This document shows positions 18,721 to 26,989 of a stretch of 32,000 bases of DNA, in pieces. Under the pieces are notes generated by a model that worked only from the letters and a program-made list of their open reading frames with translations, was not told where the DNA came from and did no database searches. The stretch covers positions 690,001 to 722,000 of the forward strand of contig NZ_CP047931.1 of the NCBI RefSeq assembly GCF_014280175.1, read 5' to 3'. The stretch comes from Synechococcus sp. A15-28 (GTDB lineage Bacteria > Cyanobacteriota > Cyanobacteriia > PCC-6307 > Cyanobiaceae). Position 1 is the stretch's first letter; every line of letters begins with the position of its first letter. Position numbers and translations under genes: made by a program.

Positions 18721-20136
18721 ATGGCCTCCGGTTTCAGCGACCTTTCCCTTGGCAATAGCGATAAAGCCAAGGTGAAACTTCCCAAGGGGTTTGGTTCCTC
18801 CGATGTGGTTAGCACAGTTGTTGAGCTGGTCACCAATAACAAACTTGGTGACTCCTCCATTTAGTTGGAGATGTTCAATAAAAGCGGTTCTGTGGAGGTC
18901 GTGACCAAGAAAACGGTCAAAAACTTTCTTAAATATGTGAAAAGAGATTTGTATGATAATTCAATATTCCATCGATCTGTTCCTGGCTTCGTTCTTCAAG
19001 GAGGGGGTTTCTTAGCGCCTGATCTTCCCACGAATGAAGGTGGCCCTCCTGAGCGAATCACTCCATTCAAAATGATTAAGAATCAACCTGGTAATTCTAA
19101 CCTCCGGGGCACCATCGCCATGGCGAAACAGGCGGGTGATCCGGATAGCGCCACGAGCCAGTGGTTTGTGAATCTTGTCGATAACTTTCCTCTTGACGAG
19201 CAAAATGAAGGTTTTACTGTCTTTGGAAAAGTATTAGGGCAGGGGATGGAAATTATTGATCAACTCTCGTCGGCGAATATTTATAATTTTGGAGGAGCTT
19301 TTTCGCAATTGCCTCTTTGGCAACTTGAGGAAGTTGATGATGGCACAGCAGTCATCACTCCCGAGGACTTTCTGATTGTTGCCTCAGCTGAAAAGCTCAA
19401 GACAAAAAAACAGCCTTTTCTTCTGAATGTTGAAAGCTCTGACGAATCGCTGGTCGAAGTTCGTGTCACCAAAAAGCAGCAAATTAAGATCAAGGCTTCT
19501 GATGAGGCCTCTGAGCTGGCTGAAATAACTTTCGAAGCAATCTCATTTGTTGATGGATCTGTTGATGTCGACAGCTTCGATGTTGTGATTGGAGCTCCCG
19601 CTCAAACCCTTGCCAAGGGGAGTCCAGCGCAGAGGCGTCGGAAGCCAGTTGATGTGTTTGTAGGTGCTGGCTCTTTTGATGCCCCTTACTACCGGTTTTT
19701 CGATTCCGATGGAGATGAGATCGAGAATTTCAAGATCAAAGTGAAAAAGAAATTCCACTTCCATCGGCTAGATGGCGCCGAAACGCATCCTTTTTACATC
19801 AGTGATTCTGGTTACAACAGTTCAGCGTCTGATTCTTTGAAAGTCAAAGGTGATGGAGGGGAAACGGATGGCATCACCGGATCTGACGTCTTGAAATTCC
19901 GTGTCCGTAAATCTGACCGGAAGGAATTCAAGCAAAGTGGTGAGCTCTTCTATTTCTGCACATCGCATCCCTCCATGATCGGCTCATTTTCCATCAAAGG
20001 GCAGAAGTCCATTCAACCCCTTGAGCCTGTCCAGGAGGCGGTGATGGAACCAGTCACCAGCGATCCTGTTGGGAATGACTTCAGTGCTTATTACCGAATC
20101 GCCATGGACCCTACAGATCAGCTTCCCTTGATCTGA
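18721..20136 (+). pseudogene. Cyclophilin-type peptidylprolyl isomerase with C-terminal cupredoxin-like domain, interrupted by one in-frame TAG (18862-18864)
   Basis: ATG 18721 reads MASGFSDLSLGNSDKAKVKLPKGFGSSDVVSTVVELVTNNKLGDSSI*LEMFNKSG...TVKNFLKYVKRDLYDNSIFHRSVPGFVLQGGG...RGTIAMAK...ATSQWFVNLVDN...FTVFGKVLGQGMEIID. Same frame on both sides of the TAG. The track lists only the part after it, from a TTG at 18865. Confidence 0.8.
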
Positions 20137-20684
20137 GCTGAATGATCGGCATCCCTATGAATGGCGTAGGCCGCAAGAACACCTCCAACAAATCCGCCGG
20201 CATGGCCGATCCAGCTGACGCCGGCGGGTGATACTCCTGGGATCAATGCCAAAAGGGCTGAGCCGTACAACCAGAACGTGAATCCTCCAAGAAGAATCGG
20301 CACGATCCTTTTCTCAAAGAGTCCGATCAGCAAGAGATATCCGAGCAATCCATACACCACACCGGAAAGACCATGTCCCGCTGCTGGCCACAGCAGAGCT
20401 ATCGGAACATCAACCAACAGAACTCCAATCCATACGGCGATGTAGTCACGGCTGCCTCGTGTCAGCACGAGCCAGCTCAGGGGCAGAAACACCAACGTGT
20501 TGGAGATCAGATGGCCAAAGCCTGAGTGGCTGAATGGTGCACTCAAGACCCTCCATAACGGAAGGCCAGGCCCCATCGGCAGATTCCATTGACCAGCAAG
20601 CAGAAGTTGATCGATGACTTCCTGCCCCCAGGCCAGGCCCAGCAACAGCAAGGGAATCAGCCAGCGGACAACCATCTCCGGCAT
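20118..20684 (-). CDS. Rhomboid family intramembrane serine protease
   Basis: LWRVLSAPFSHSGFGHLISN, GHGLSGVVYGLLGY (catalytic Ser context), SWIGHAGGFVGG (catalytic His context), multiple TM segments. Its 3' end overlaps the convergent PPIase gene by 19 nt. Confidence 0.9.
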   Translation of the reverse strand: MPEMVVRWLIPLLLLGLAWGQEVIDQLLLAGQWNLPMGPGLPLWRVLSAPFSHSGFGHLISNTLVFLPLSWLVLTRGSRDYIAVWIGVLLVDVPIALLWPAAGHGLSGVVYGLLGYLLLIGLFEKRIVPILLGGFTFWLYGSALLALIPGVSPAGVSWIGHAGGFVGGVLAAYAIHRDADHSAQIKGS

Positions 20685-20722
20685 ACGGGAATCACAATGA
20701 TGGCTCCTTAGGGCTTAGTTGG

Positions 20723-22255
20723 GTGAAGGACAGGGTCGATGTGGTGGTGATCGGCAGTGGCATCGGCGGTCTCTGCTGCGCTGCCCTTTGCGCCCGAGCT
20801 GGACGAGAGGTGTCGGTTCTGGAAGCCCACACGCAGCCCGGTGGAGCGGCCCATGGATTTCTGCGTCAGGGCTATCACTTCGAATCAGGCCCATCGTTGT
20901 GGAGTGGGTTGGCGCGTTGGCCGAGCAGCAACCCTCTGGCTCAGATCCTGCGGGCTCTGGATCAGCCCCTCGACGTGATCCCCTACCGAAGTTGGGATGT
21001 GGTGTTGCCGGAAGGTGATCTGAGGATTCCAGTGGGTTCGGCCGGCTTTGAAGATGTCGTTCGTGACCTGCGCGGTGCCGCTGCCGTTGAGGAATGGCGA
21101 CGCTTTGGCGAGGTGTTGCGTCCGATCGCTGCCGCCGCCAATGCTTTGCCTCTACTGGCGCTGCGCCCGGGGCTGGATGCGATGCCGCAGTTGCTCGAAC
21201 GTGGACCGCGGTTGCTGAAACACCTCCCGGCGATGCGGCATCTCTCCGGCGCTTTCGGCCCACTGGTTGATCGTCATCTCAAGAATGATTTCCTGCGTCA
21301 TTGGGTGGATCTGCTCTGTTTCCTGATCAGCGGCATGCCGATGGGGGACACCAATGCAGCGGCGATGGCGACGTTGTTCGGGGAATGGTTCGAGCCGGAA
21401 GCATGCCTCGACTATCCGGTGGGGGGCAGCGCCGCGGTTGTGAATGCCCTGGTGCAGGGCCTGCAGCGTCATGGCGGTGAGCTGCGAACGGCAGCCAGGG
21501 TCGAGCGAATCCTGATGGATGGCTCCACGGCAGTTGGCGTTCAGCTCAGCAATGGCGAAATGATTCACGCCGATCAGGTCGTCTGCAATGCCGACATCTG
21601 GAACACCCTGAATCTTCTGCCCCAGGACGTCGCCGCCGCTTGGCAACGGGATCGGGCTGAGACGCCAGCCTGCAACGGCTTCCTGCATCTGCATCTCGGT
21701 TTTGATGCCAGTGGCTTGGACGACCTGCCGATCCACACAGTCTGGGTGGACGACTGGCAGCGGGGGATTGCAGCGGAACGCAATGCCGTGGTGTTGTCGG
21801 TTCCATCGGTGTTGGACCCCGCGATGGCTCCGGCGGGTCAGCATGTGCTGCATGGCTACACGCCCGCCAGTGAACCCTGGTCGCTGTGGGCGGATCTACC
21901 ACGGGGAAGCGAGGCCTACCAGGCGTTGAAAATGGAGCGCTGCTCTGTGTTCTGGCGTGTGCTCGAACGACGCATCCCGGATATCCGTGACCGGTGCCAC
22001 GTGGTGATGGAGGGGACGCCGCGGACCCATGGTCATTTCCTCAATGTGCATCGCGGCAGCTACGGCCCTGCCCTTTCGGCGGCTGAGGGGCTCTTCCCCG
22101 GGGTGACCACGCCTCTTGATGGGCTCTGGCTTTGTGGTGCCAGCACCTTCCCGGGGATTGGTATTCCGCCGGTGGCCGCCAGTGGTGCCCTGGCGGCCCA
22201 TGGGATTGTTGGTCGTCAGGCCCAGCGCCAGCTGTTGCAAGAGCTGGGCCTGTGA
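20723..22255 (+). CDS. FAD-dependent carotenoid isomerase/phytoene desaturase-like oxidoreductase
   Basis: GTG start. VDVVVIGSGIGGLCCAALCARAGREVSVLEAHTQPGGAAHGF dinucleotide-binding motif, and C-terminal GLWLCGASTFPGIGIPPVAASG. Confidence 0.88.
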   Translation: MKDRVDVVVIGSGIGGLCCAALCARAGREVSVLEAHTQPGGAAHGFLRQGYHFESGPSLWSGLARWPSSNPLAQILRALDQPLDVIPYRSWDVVLPEGDLRIPVGSAGFEDVVRDLRGAAAVEEWRRFGEVLRPIAAAANALPLLALRPGLDAMPQLLERGPRLLKHLPAMRHLSGAFGPLVDRHLKNDFLRHWVDLLCFLISGMPMGDTNAAAMATLFGEWFEPEACLDYPVGGSAAVVNALVQGLQRHGGELRTAARVERILMDGSTAVGVQLSNGEMIHADQVVCNADIWNTLNLLPQDVAAAWQRDRAETPACNGFLHLHLGFDASGLDDLPIHTVWVDDWQRGIAAERNAVVLSVPSVLDPAMAPAGQHVLHGYTPASEPWSLWADLPRGSEAYQALKMERCSVFWRVLERRIPDIRDRCHVVMEGTPRTHGHFLNVHRGSYGPALSAAEGLFPGVTTPLDGLWLCGASTFPGIGIPPVAASGALAAHGIVGRQAQRQLLQELGL

Positions 22256-22261
22256 TCTCAA

Positions 22262-23482
22262 TCAGAGGTTGATCGCTGTCAGCAGGTTGTCGGGGCGGCC
22301 GTCCACCCTTGCGAAGTCGTTGTCGAAACCGACCACCAGGGTGCCGTCAGGCTTGAGGGCCAGACCTTCGGGCTTGTCGAAGCGGGGGTCGACACCGGGC
22401 AGGGAAGGCAGATTGAGCAGCTCCACCTGATCCACTTCCACAACGTCGCCTTCGGCAAAGGCCTCAGCAACGGCAGCAGGGCTCTCCAGCAGTTCAGGGG
22501 CGTAGACCCCATCCCCCAGAAGAGCTTCCCAGTCATAGCCCAGGGTGTCCGTCGCCTCGCTCAGGTCCATGCGCAGGATGGACTTGTTGGCCGCCACGGT
22601 GTCGCCGTTGTCGCGATCGATCACCAGGAAGGCGCCGCGCTCCGGGTCGTAGACGGCATCGCCGATCTTGTCCTGGTTGCTGGGGCCGATCTGGCTGAAC
22701 ATGTATTCGTGCTGGGGCTCTCCGGTGACCGGATCCATGGCCAGGATCCGCCGCACTGTGGAGCTGCTGCTATCACCGCCGACGCTCATCGGGGTCTGGA
22801 TGAACGCATAAAGCAGGCCGTCGTCGCTGTTGTAGGCCAGGGCTTCAAAGCCGCGGCTGCCGCGACGCTCCAGGTACACCTCCGGCAGAGTGGCTTTGGT
22901 GAACTCGGCTACATCGCCCCGGCCGGGCTCGTAGCTGATCGCGCTGTAATCGCTGCCTTCCGGCACGATCCGATGGATCAGTTCACCACTCTCGGCGTCG
23001 AACAGAGCGACCTGGGGACGGTATTCATCGGAGACGGCGAAAATTGGGTTGCCGTCGTTCAGCCCATCAATGCTGATGCGCTGGATCGATTCGGGATCCA
23101 GGCCAAACGCATCCGGTGCCACAGGGACGTATCCGCCGTTGCCATCGGTGGTGAAGGCGGCGTTGCTGGAATCGAGGCCGCTGATCTCACCGGTCTCTTC
23201 GTTGATGGTGTACATCTGAGCGATGCCGGTGGCATCACGGAAGCCGCCTTCGCCGTCAGGAACCCGCAGGGTGGTGGTGTCTTTGACTGAGGCCTTACCG
23301 GACTTGATCTTGTACTTCAGTTCGGTGACCTGAAGCTTGAAATCAGGGTCGCTGAAGATCTTCTCTCCCTCGAAGGCAAAGCCTTGGCCCTCTGGGATAT
23401 CAATAACCTGGGGGCCCACATCGGAGATGGTGAAATAACGCTTCAGGCCGGTGTCGTAGGTGAGCCCGGAGAGGCCGCCGGC
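22262..23482 (-). repeat. Phytase-like repeat unit 2 (AGGLSGLTYD ... to C-terminus)
   Basis: Aligns throughout with unit 1, including the linker LGYDWEALLGDGVYAPELLESP versus LGFN*ESILGEGVYAPEMLDTP. Confidence 0.85.
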
Positions 23483-24817
23483 GATGATCTGTACATCCGG
23501 CTGATTGGGATCCTCTAAAGATGAGGGAAGTTCTGGCCTGTTGGTGCCGGGGTAGTTGAGGACGAATTCGGCGGAGCTCGCTTTCAGGTCGCCGAAGCGG
23601 TCGGTCACCACCGCCAGCATGTTGTCGGGGCGGCCATCGACCCGTTGGAAGTCGTTGTCGAAGCCGACAACTAAAGTTCCATCTGGCTTGAGAGCCAATC
23701 CTTCGGGCTTGTCGAACAGGGTGTTGATGCCCTGCTCCGCCAGGTTGAACAGGGTGGTCTGGTGCACCTCGGAGATGATGCCGTTCATCAGGGGTGAGCG
23801 CAGGGCTTCACCCACCTCTTCCGGAGTATCAAGCATCTCGGGGGCGTAGACACCCTCTCCGAGGATGGATTCCTAGTTGAAGCCGAGTACGTCAGTGGCC
23901 CGGGTCAGGTCCATCTCGATCACCGCCTTGTTGGCGGTTTCATCCGCAACGTTGTCGCGATCGATCACATAGAAAACGTTGCGGTCGGCGTCATAGACCG
24001 CATCGCCGATCTTGTCTTGATTTGTAGGGCCGGATTGGCGATAGATGTATTCGTGTTTCGCCTCCCCGGTGATCGGATCCATGGCGATGATGCGTCGCAC
24101 AGTAGACCCTTTGCGCTCGCCATTCACATCCATCGGTGTTTGGATGAAGGCATACAGCAGGCCGTTGTTGCTGTTGTAGGCCAGGGCTTCGAAACCGCGG
24201 CTGCCACGGCGCTCCAGGTAAACCCCGGGCAGAGTTTTCTTGGTGAATTCCTTCACCTCGCCACGACCTTCCTCGTAGCCGTAGCCCTTGTAACGGCTGC
24301 CCTTGGGCACAATCCGATGGATCAGATTTCCCGTTTCGGCGTCATGGACGGACACCTGAGGGCGGTATTCATCAGAGATGGCGAATACGGCGTTGCCGTT
24401 GTTGAGTCCATCGATGCTCAGGCGCAGCACTGCCTCGGGATCCATGCCAAAGGCGTCCGCGGGCACGGGGTCGTAACCACCATTGCCGTCTGGGGTGAAC
24501 GCGGCTGAATCCAGGCCTGAGACCTCACCGGTGGCTTCATCAATCCGGTACATCTGGCCGATGCCGGTGGCTGGACGGAAGCCACCCTGCTCATCGGGAA
24601 CATTGAGGGTCACAGCACCGGTGACCTTGACTTTGCCTTTCTTGCCCTGGCGAAGTTCAGAGACCTGCAGTCTGAAATCAGGGTCGTTGAACACCTTTTC
24701 GCCTTCAAAGGCGAAGCCCTCGTCTTCGGGGATGTCCTGGGCCTGAGGGCCTACATCCGAAACGGTGAAGTACCGGTCGAGTCCGGCGTCGTACCAGAGA
24801 CCAGACAGGCCGCCGGC
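23483..24817 (-). repeat. Phytase-like repeat unit 1 (AGGLSGLWYD ... to next AGGLSGL)
   Basis: Protein-level tandem duplication with unit 2 in the same reading frame. Confidence 0.85.
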
Positions 24818-25128
24818 GATCAGCTGATCGTCGGGGTAGTTGGGATCACTGAAACGGTTGGGAACCTTGCTCTTGCCGGTGCCGGGGTAGCTGAGCTTGA
24901 AGGAAAAACTCTCGGTACTGATGTCGAGGTAGTTGGATTCCGCTACGCGGCTACCGGGAACCGGACTGAAGGACATCTTCAAAGATGTTGATACCACCTC
25001 AACTTGCAAAAAACATCGCATCAGCGATGTTGCGCTAGCAACCTCATCTCGTGTCAGGGGATACACCAATCGTGTTCAGTCGCCGGCGCGCTAGCGCGTC
25101 ATAGTCTTCTCGCGAAGCATGGTTGGAC

Positions 25129-25335
25129 ATGAACACCAACGCCAGAATCGACTCCCTACAACTGATGCTCACGGATCTGCGGATGCGCAACGAGCCGATT
25201 CGTCACAAGGCGGCATTCCGCGGCTGCCAGCCCGAATTTCAGCAGCTGGTCAGCCGTTTGATCGATCAGCTCGAACGGGAGCTACTTGAGGAGAAGCAGC
25301 GCTCCCGAGAAGAATCCCGAACCGCGGCGGTCTAA
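25129..25335 (+). CDS. Hypothetical small helical protein
   Basis: MNTNARIDSLQLMLTDLRMRNEPIRHKAAFRGCQPEFQQLVSRLIDQLERELLEEKQRSREESRTAAV. Divergent from the phytase-like gene. The track ORF starts 2 codons earlier. Confidence 0.5.
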   Translation: MNTNARIDSLQLMLTDLRMRNEPIRHKAAFRGCQPEFQQLVSRLIDQLERELLEEKQRSREESRTAAV

Positions 25336-25835
25336 CCGAAGCGATCACGCCAGCGCTGTTCCTGAAGGCGGGCTTCGTCGCATCCCTCGGAGGGGAAGCC
25401 CCTGAGGAAGTCCTTGTCCTCCGTGGGTTGGTAGGGCCCCTGCTTCAGTTCAAACATCACTGAATTGGGCGCCAGGGCCACCAGGGTGTGGAACTGGTTT
25501 TCAGCAAGTTCGATGCCCCTCAGAGGCCCTGTCGCCTCGAGTCGCTCCTGTTGAAGGATCGTGCCGTTGTCGTCCATGACCAACAGGCCGATGGCACCCT
25601 GCAGCACCAGAAAGCATTCGAACCCGGTTCCGGGTTGATCGCGAATATGCCGGTGGGGCCGCACATAGGTGCCCGGTTGGAGCACGTTCAGAAATCGCTG
25701 CACCAGATCGCTTTCCTGGTGAAGGTTGTGGTTCTTGCGCAGTCGTGGATGCTGCCGAGCCACCCTCGATACTTCATCGAAGAGGGATTGATCCACCCGC
25801 TTCAGTTGCACCTTGGTTGGCGAGTTGTTGGTCAC
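25332..25835 (-). CDS. WbuC-like cupin-fold metalloprotein
   Basis: GTYVRPHRHIRDQPGTGFECFLVLQGAIGLLVMDDNG...GIELAENQFHTLVAL. The GTG at 25835 overlaps the upstream gene's TGA. Confidence 0.8.
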   Translation of the reverse strand: MTNNSPTKVQLKRVDQSLFDEVSRVARQHPRLRKNHNLHQESDLVQRFLNVLQPGTYVRPHRHIRDQPGTGFECFLVLQGAIGLLVMDDNGTILQQERLEATGPLRGIELAENQFHTLVALAPNSVMFELKQGPYQPTEDKDFLRGFPSEGCDEARLQEQRWRDRFG

Positions 25836-26068
25836 GGCTGGAGGTCTCCGGAGCGGTGGGCGGCAGGCACGATTACCAGAAACAGCAGCCACCAGGCCGC
25901 CACGGCAACAGCGAGGGGGAGGCTGATCCAAAACCGTCCTGGCCACCACCAGGACAAGCCGATCACTGCAGAGCCTGTGCTGATGATCGACCAGGGCTGG
26001 CACCACCAGGGCTTGAGAGACCAGAACGGAGGCTGGTCAGCGGAGGGTTTCGAGCTCACCGGCGGCAT
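25832..26068 (-). CDS. Small DUF6737-like membrane protein
   Basis: PFWSLKPWWCQPWSIISTGSAVIGLSWWWPGRFWISLPLAVAVAAWWLLFLVIVP. The family name is from memory of the FWSLKPWWCQPWSI pattern. Confidence 0.65.
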   Translation of the reverse strand: MPPVSSKPSADQPPFWSLKPWWCQPWSIISTGSAVIGLSWWWPGRFWISLPLAVAVAAWWLLFLVIVPAAHRSGDLQP

Positions 26069-26669
26069 GCAGGGCTGTGAGGTCGTCGTAGCCGCCGATC
26101 GCGGTTCCGTCGATGAACACCTGAGGGAAGGTGCGCATGCCGCTGCGGCTCTGGCAAGCCGCGAAGTCCTCGTCGTTGTTGACGGTGATCACCGTGTGGG
26201 GCAATGCCAGGGTGCGCAGTAAGCGGAGTGCGCGGCTGCACCATGGGCATCCCGGCAGTACAGCGATTTCAAGCCTTGGGATGGGTGCTGCTGTGGGGGA
26301 TTCAGCCTGGATCGGGACTTGATCCAGCACCCCGATCAGCACGTCTACGCCTTTCTGCACAAGTGTTCCGGGTTCGAGATGGCCGCCCCACACCTGGCAA
26401 GCCCCATCGGAAAGACTGAGATGGAGGTGAACGCCTTCAGGCCCGATCGTGCCATTCAGAGTGATCACCTCGAGGTCGCCCACCAGGACGGTGGCCTCTG
26501 GCTGCCCAGGACACTGAAAGGCCGCACGGCTGAGGTTGCCGACCACTCCCAAAACAAATCCCTGGAGACCTTGCGTTCTGCCGAGATCTTCCAGGCTGGT
26601 GCGCAGATCGCTGCCTGGAGCAAGCTTCAGCGGCAGGGGGCGCATGGCATCGGTGAAACGTGGGGCCAC
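26037..26669 (-). CDS. PPC/DUF296 domain - glutaredoxin fusion protein
   Basis: N-terminal half: LAPGSDLRTSLEDLGRTQGLQGFVLGVVGNLSRAAFQCPG...EVITLNGTIGPEGVHLHLSLSDGACQVWGGHLEPGTLV. C-terminal half: AVLPGCPWCSRALRLLRTLALPHTVITV...SGMRTFPQVFIDGTAIGGYDDL. Confidence 0.85.
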   Translation of the reverse strand: MAPRFTDAMRPLPLKLAPGSDLRTSLEDLGRTQGLQGFVLGVVGNLSRAAFQCPGQPEATVLVGDLEVITLNGTIGPEGVHLHLSLSDGACQVWGGHLEPGTLVQKGVDVLIGVLDQVPIQAESPTAAPIPRLEIAVLPGCPWCSRALRLLRTLALPHTVITVNNDEDFAACQSRSGMRTFPQVFIDGTAIGGYDDLTALHAAGELETLR

Positions 26670-26752
26670 ATTACGTGGGATGGCACGGGTGCCAGACAGA
26701 TCAGGCTTGGTGGGACATGGTGCTAATATCGTTAAGATTTGGTTGATTTATC

Positions 26753-26989
26753 GTGCCAATACTTCAGGATCTGGTTCAGGAGTTGCAACAACGTCTTGAA
26801 GGACAGGCTCCGGCGCCCAGCAGTGCTGCCGTGGCTGATGCATCCAGCTCAGAGCGCATCAACGTCACCTTGCCTCGCGGTGTCATGGATGAACTGAAGC
26901 GCCATGCCCTGGAGGAAGGCCGCAGTTGCGGCAATCTGGCCGCTTATCTGGTGGAGGAGGCTTTGCGCCGCCACCGCCCGCTGCACTAA
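26753..26989 (+). CDS. Ribbon-helix-helix (CopG-like) domain protein
   Basis: ERINVTLPRGVMDELKRHALEEGRSCGNLAAYLVEEALRRH. GTG start. Confidence 0.7.
   Translation: MPILQDLVQELQQRLEGQAPAPSSAAVADASSSERINVTLPRGVMDELKRHALEEGRSCGNLAAYLVEEALRRHRPLH

Larger units (their letters stand above)
22262..24976 (-). pseudogene. Tandem-repeat esterase-like/phytase-like beta-propeller protein, interrupted by one in-frame TAG (minus strand, 23875-23873)
   Basis: Two track ORFs (23873..25069 and 22262..23836) are in the same frame, separated only by TAG plus 36 nt of open frame (ESILGEGVYAPE). Repeated units share AGGLSGLxYD, RYFTxSDVGPQ, FAFEGEK, ERRGSRGFEALAYN, LLYAFIQTPM, SNQDKIGDAVYD and FDKPEGLALKPDGTLVVGFDNDF. 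Proposed start ATG at 24976; the ORF is open up to 25069. Confidence 0.8.

Noticed and set aside
21152-21853. 233-aa minus-strand ORF inside the carotenoid isomerase-like gene
   Set aside because: Shadow ORF opposite a clear FAD-dependent oxidoreductase frame.
18862-23875. Genome-wide reassignment of TAG to a sense codon
   Set aside because: sasA in the same window appears to end naturally at TAG (12544-12546) right after a complete kinase domain. Only local readthrough, mutation or error remain plausible.
22262-24976. RTX or CRISPR-type short repeats behind the duplicated sequence
   Set aside because: The repeats are long, diverged protein-domain duplications in one frame, not short nucleotide repeats or glycine-rich nonapeptides.
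26319-26726. 135-aa plus-strand ORF opposite the DUF296-glutaredoxin gene
   Set aside because: Antisense to a well-supported two-domain protein and without motif support.
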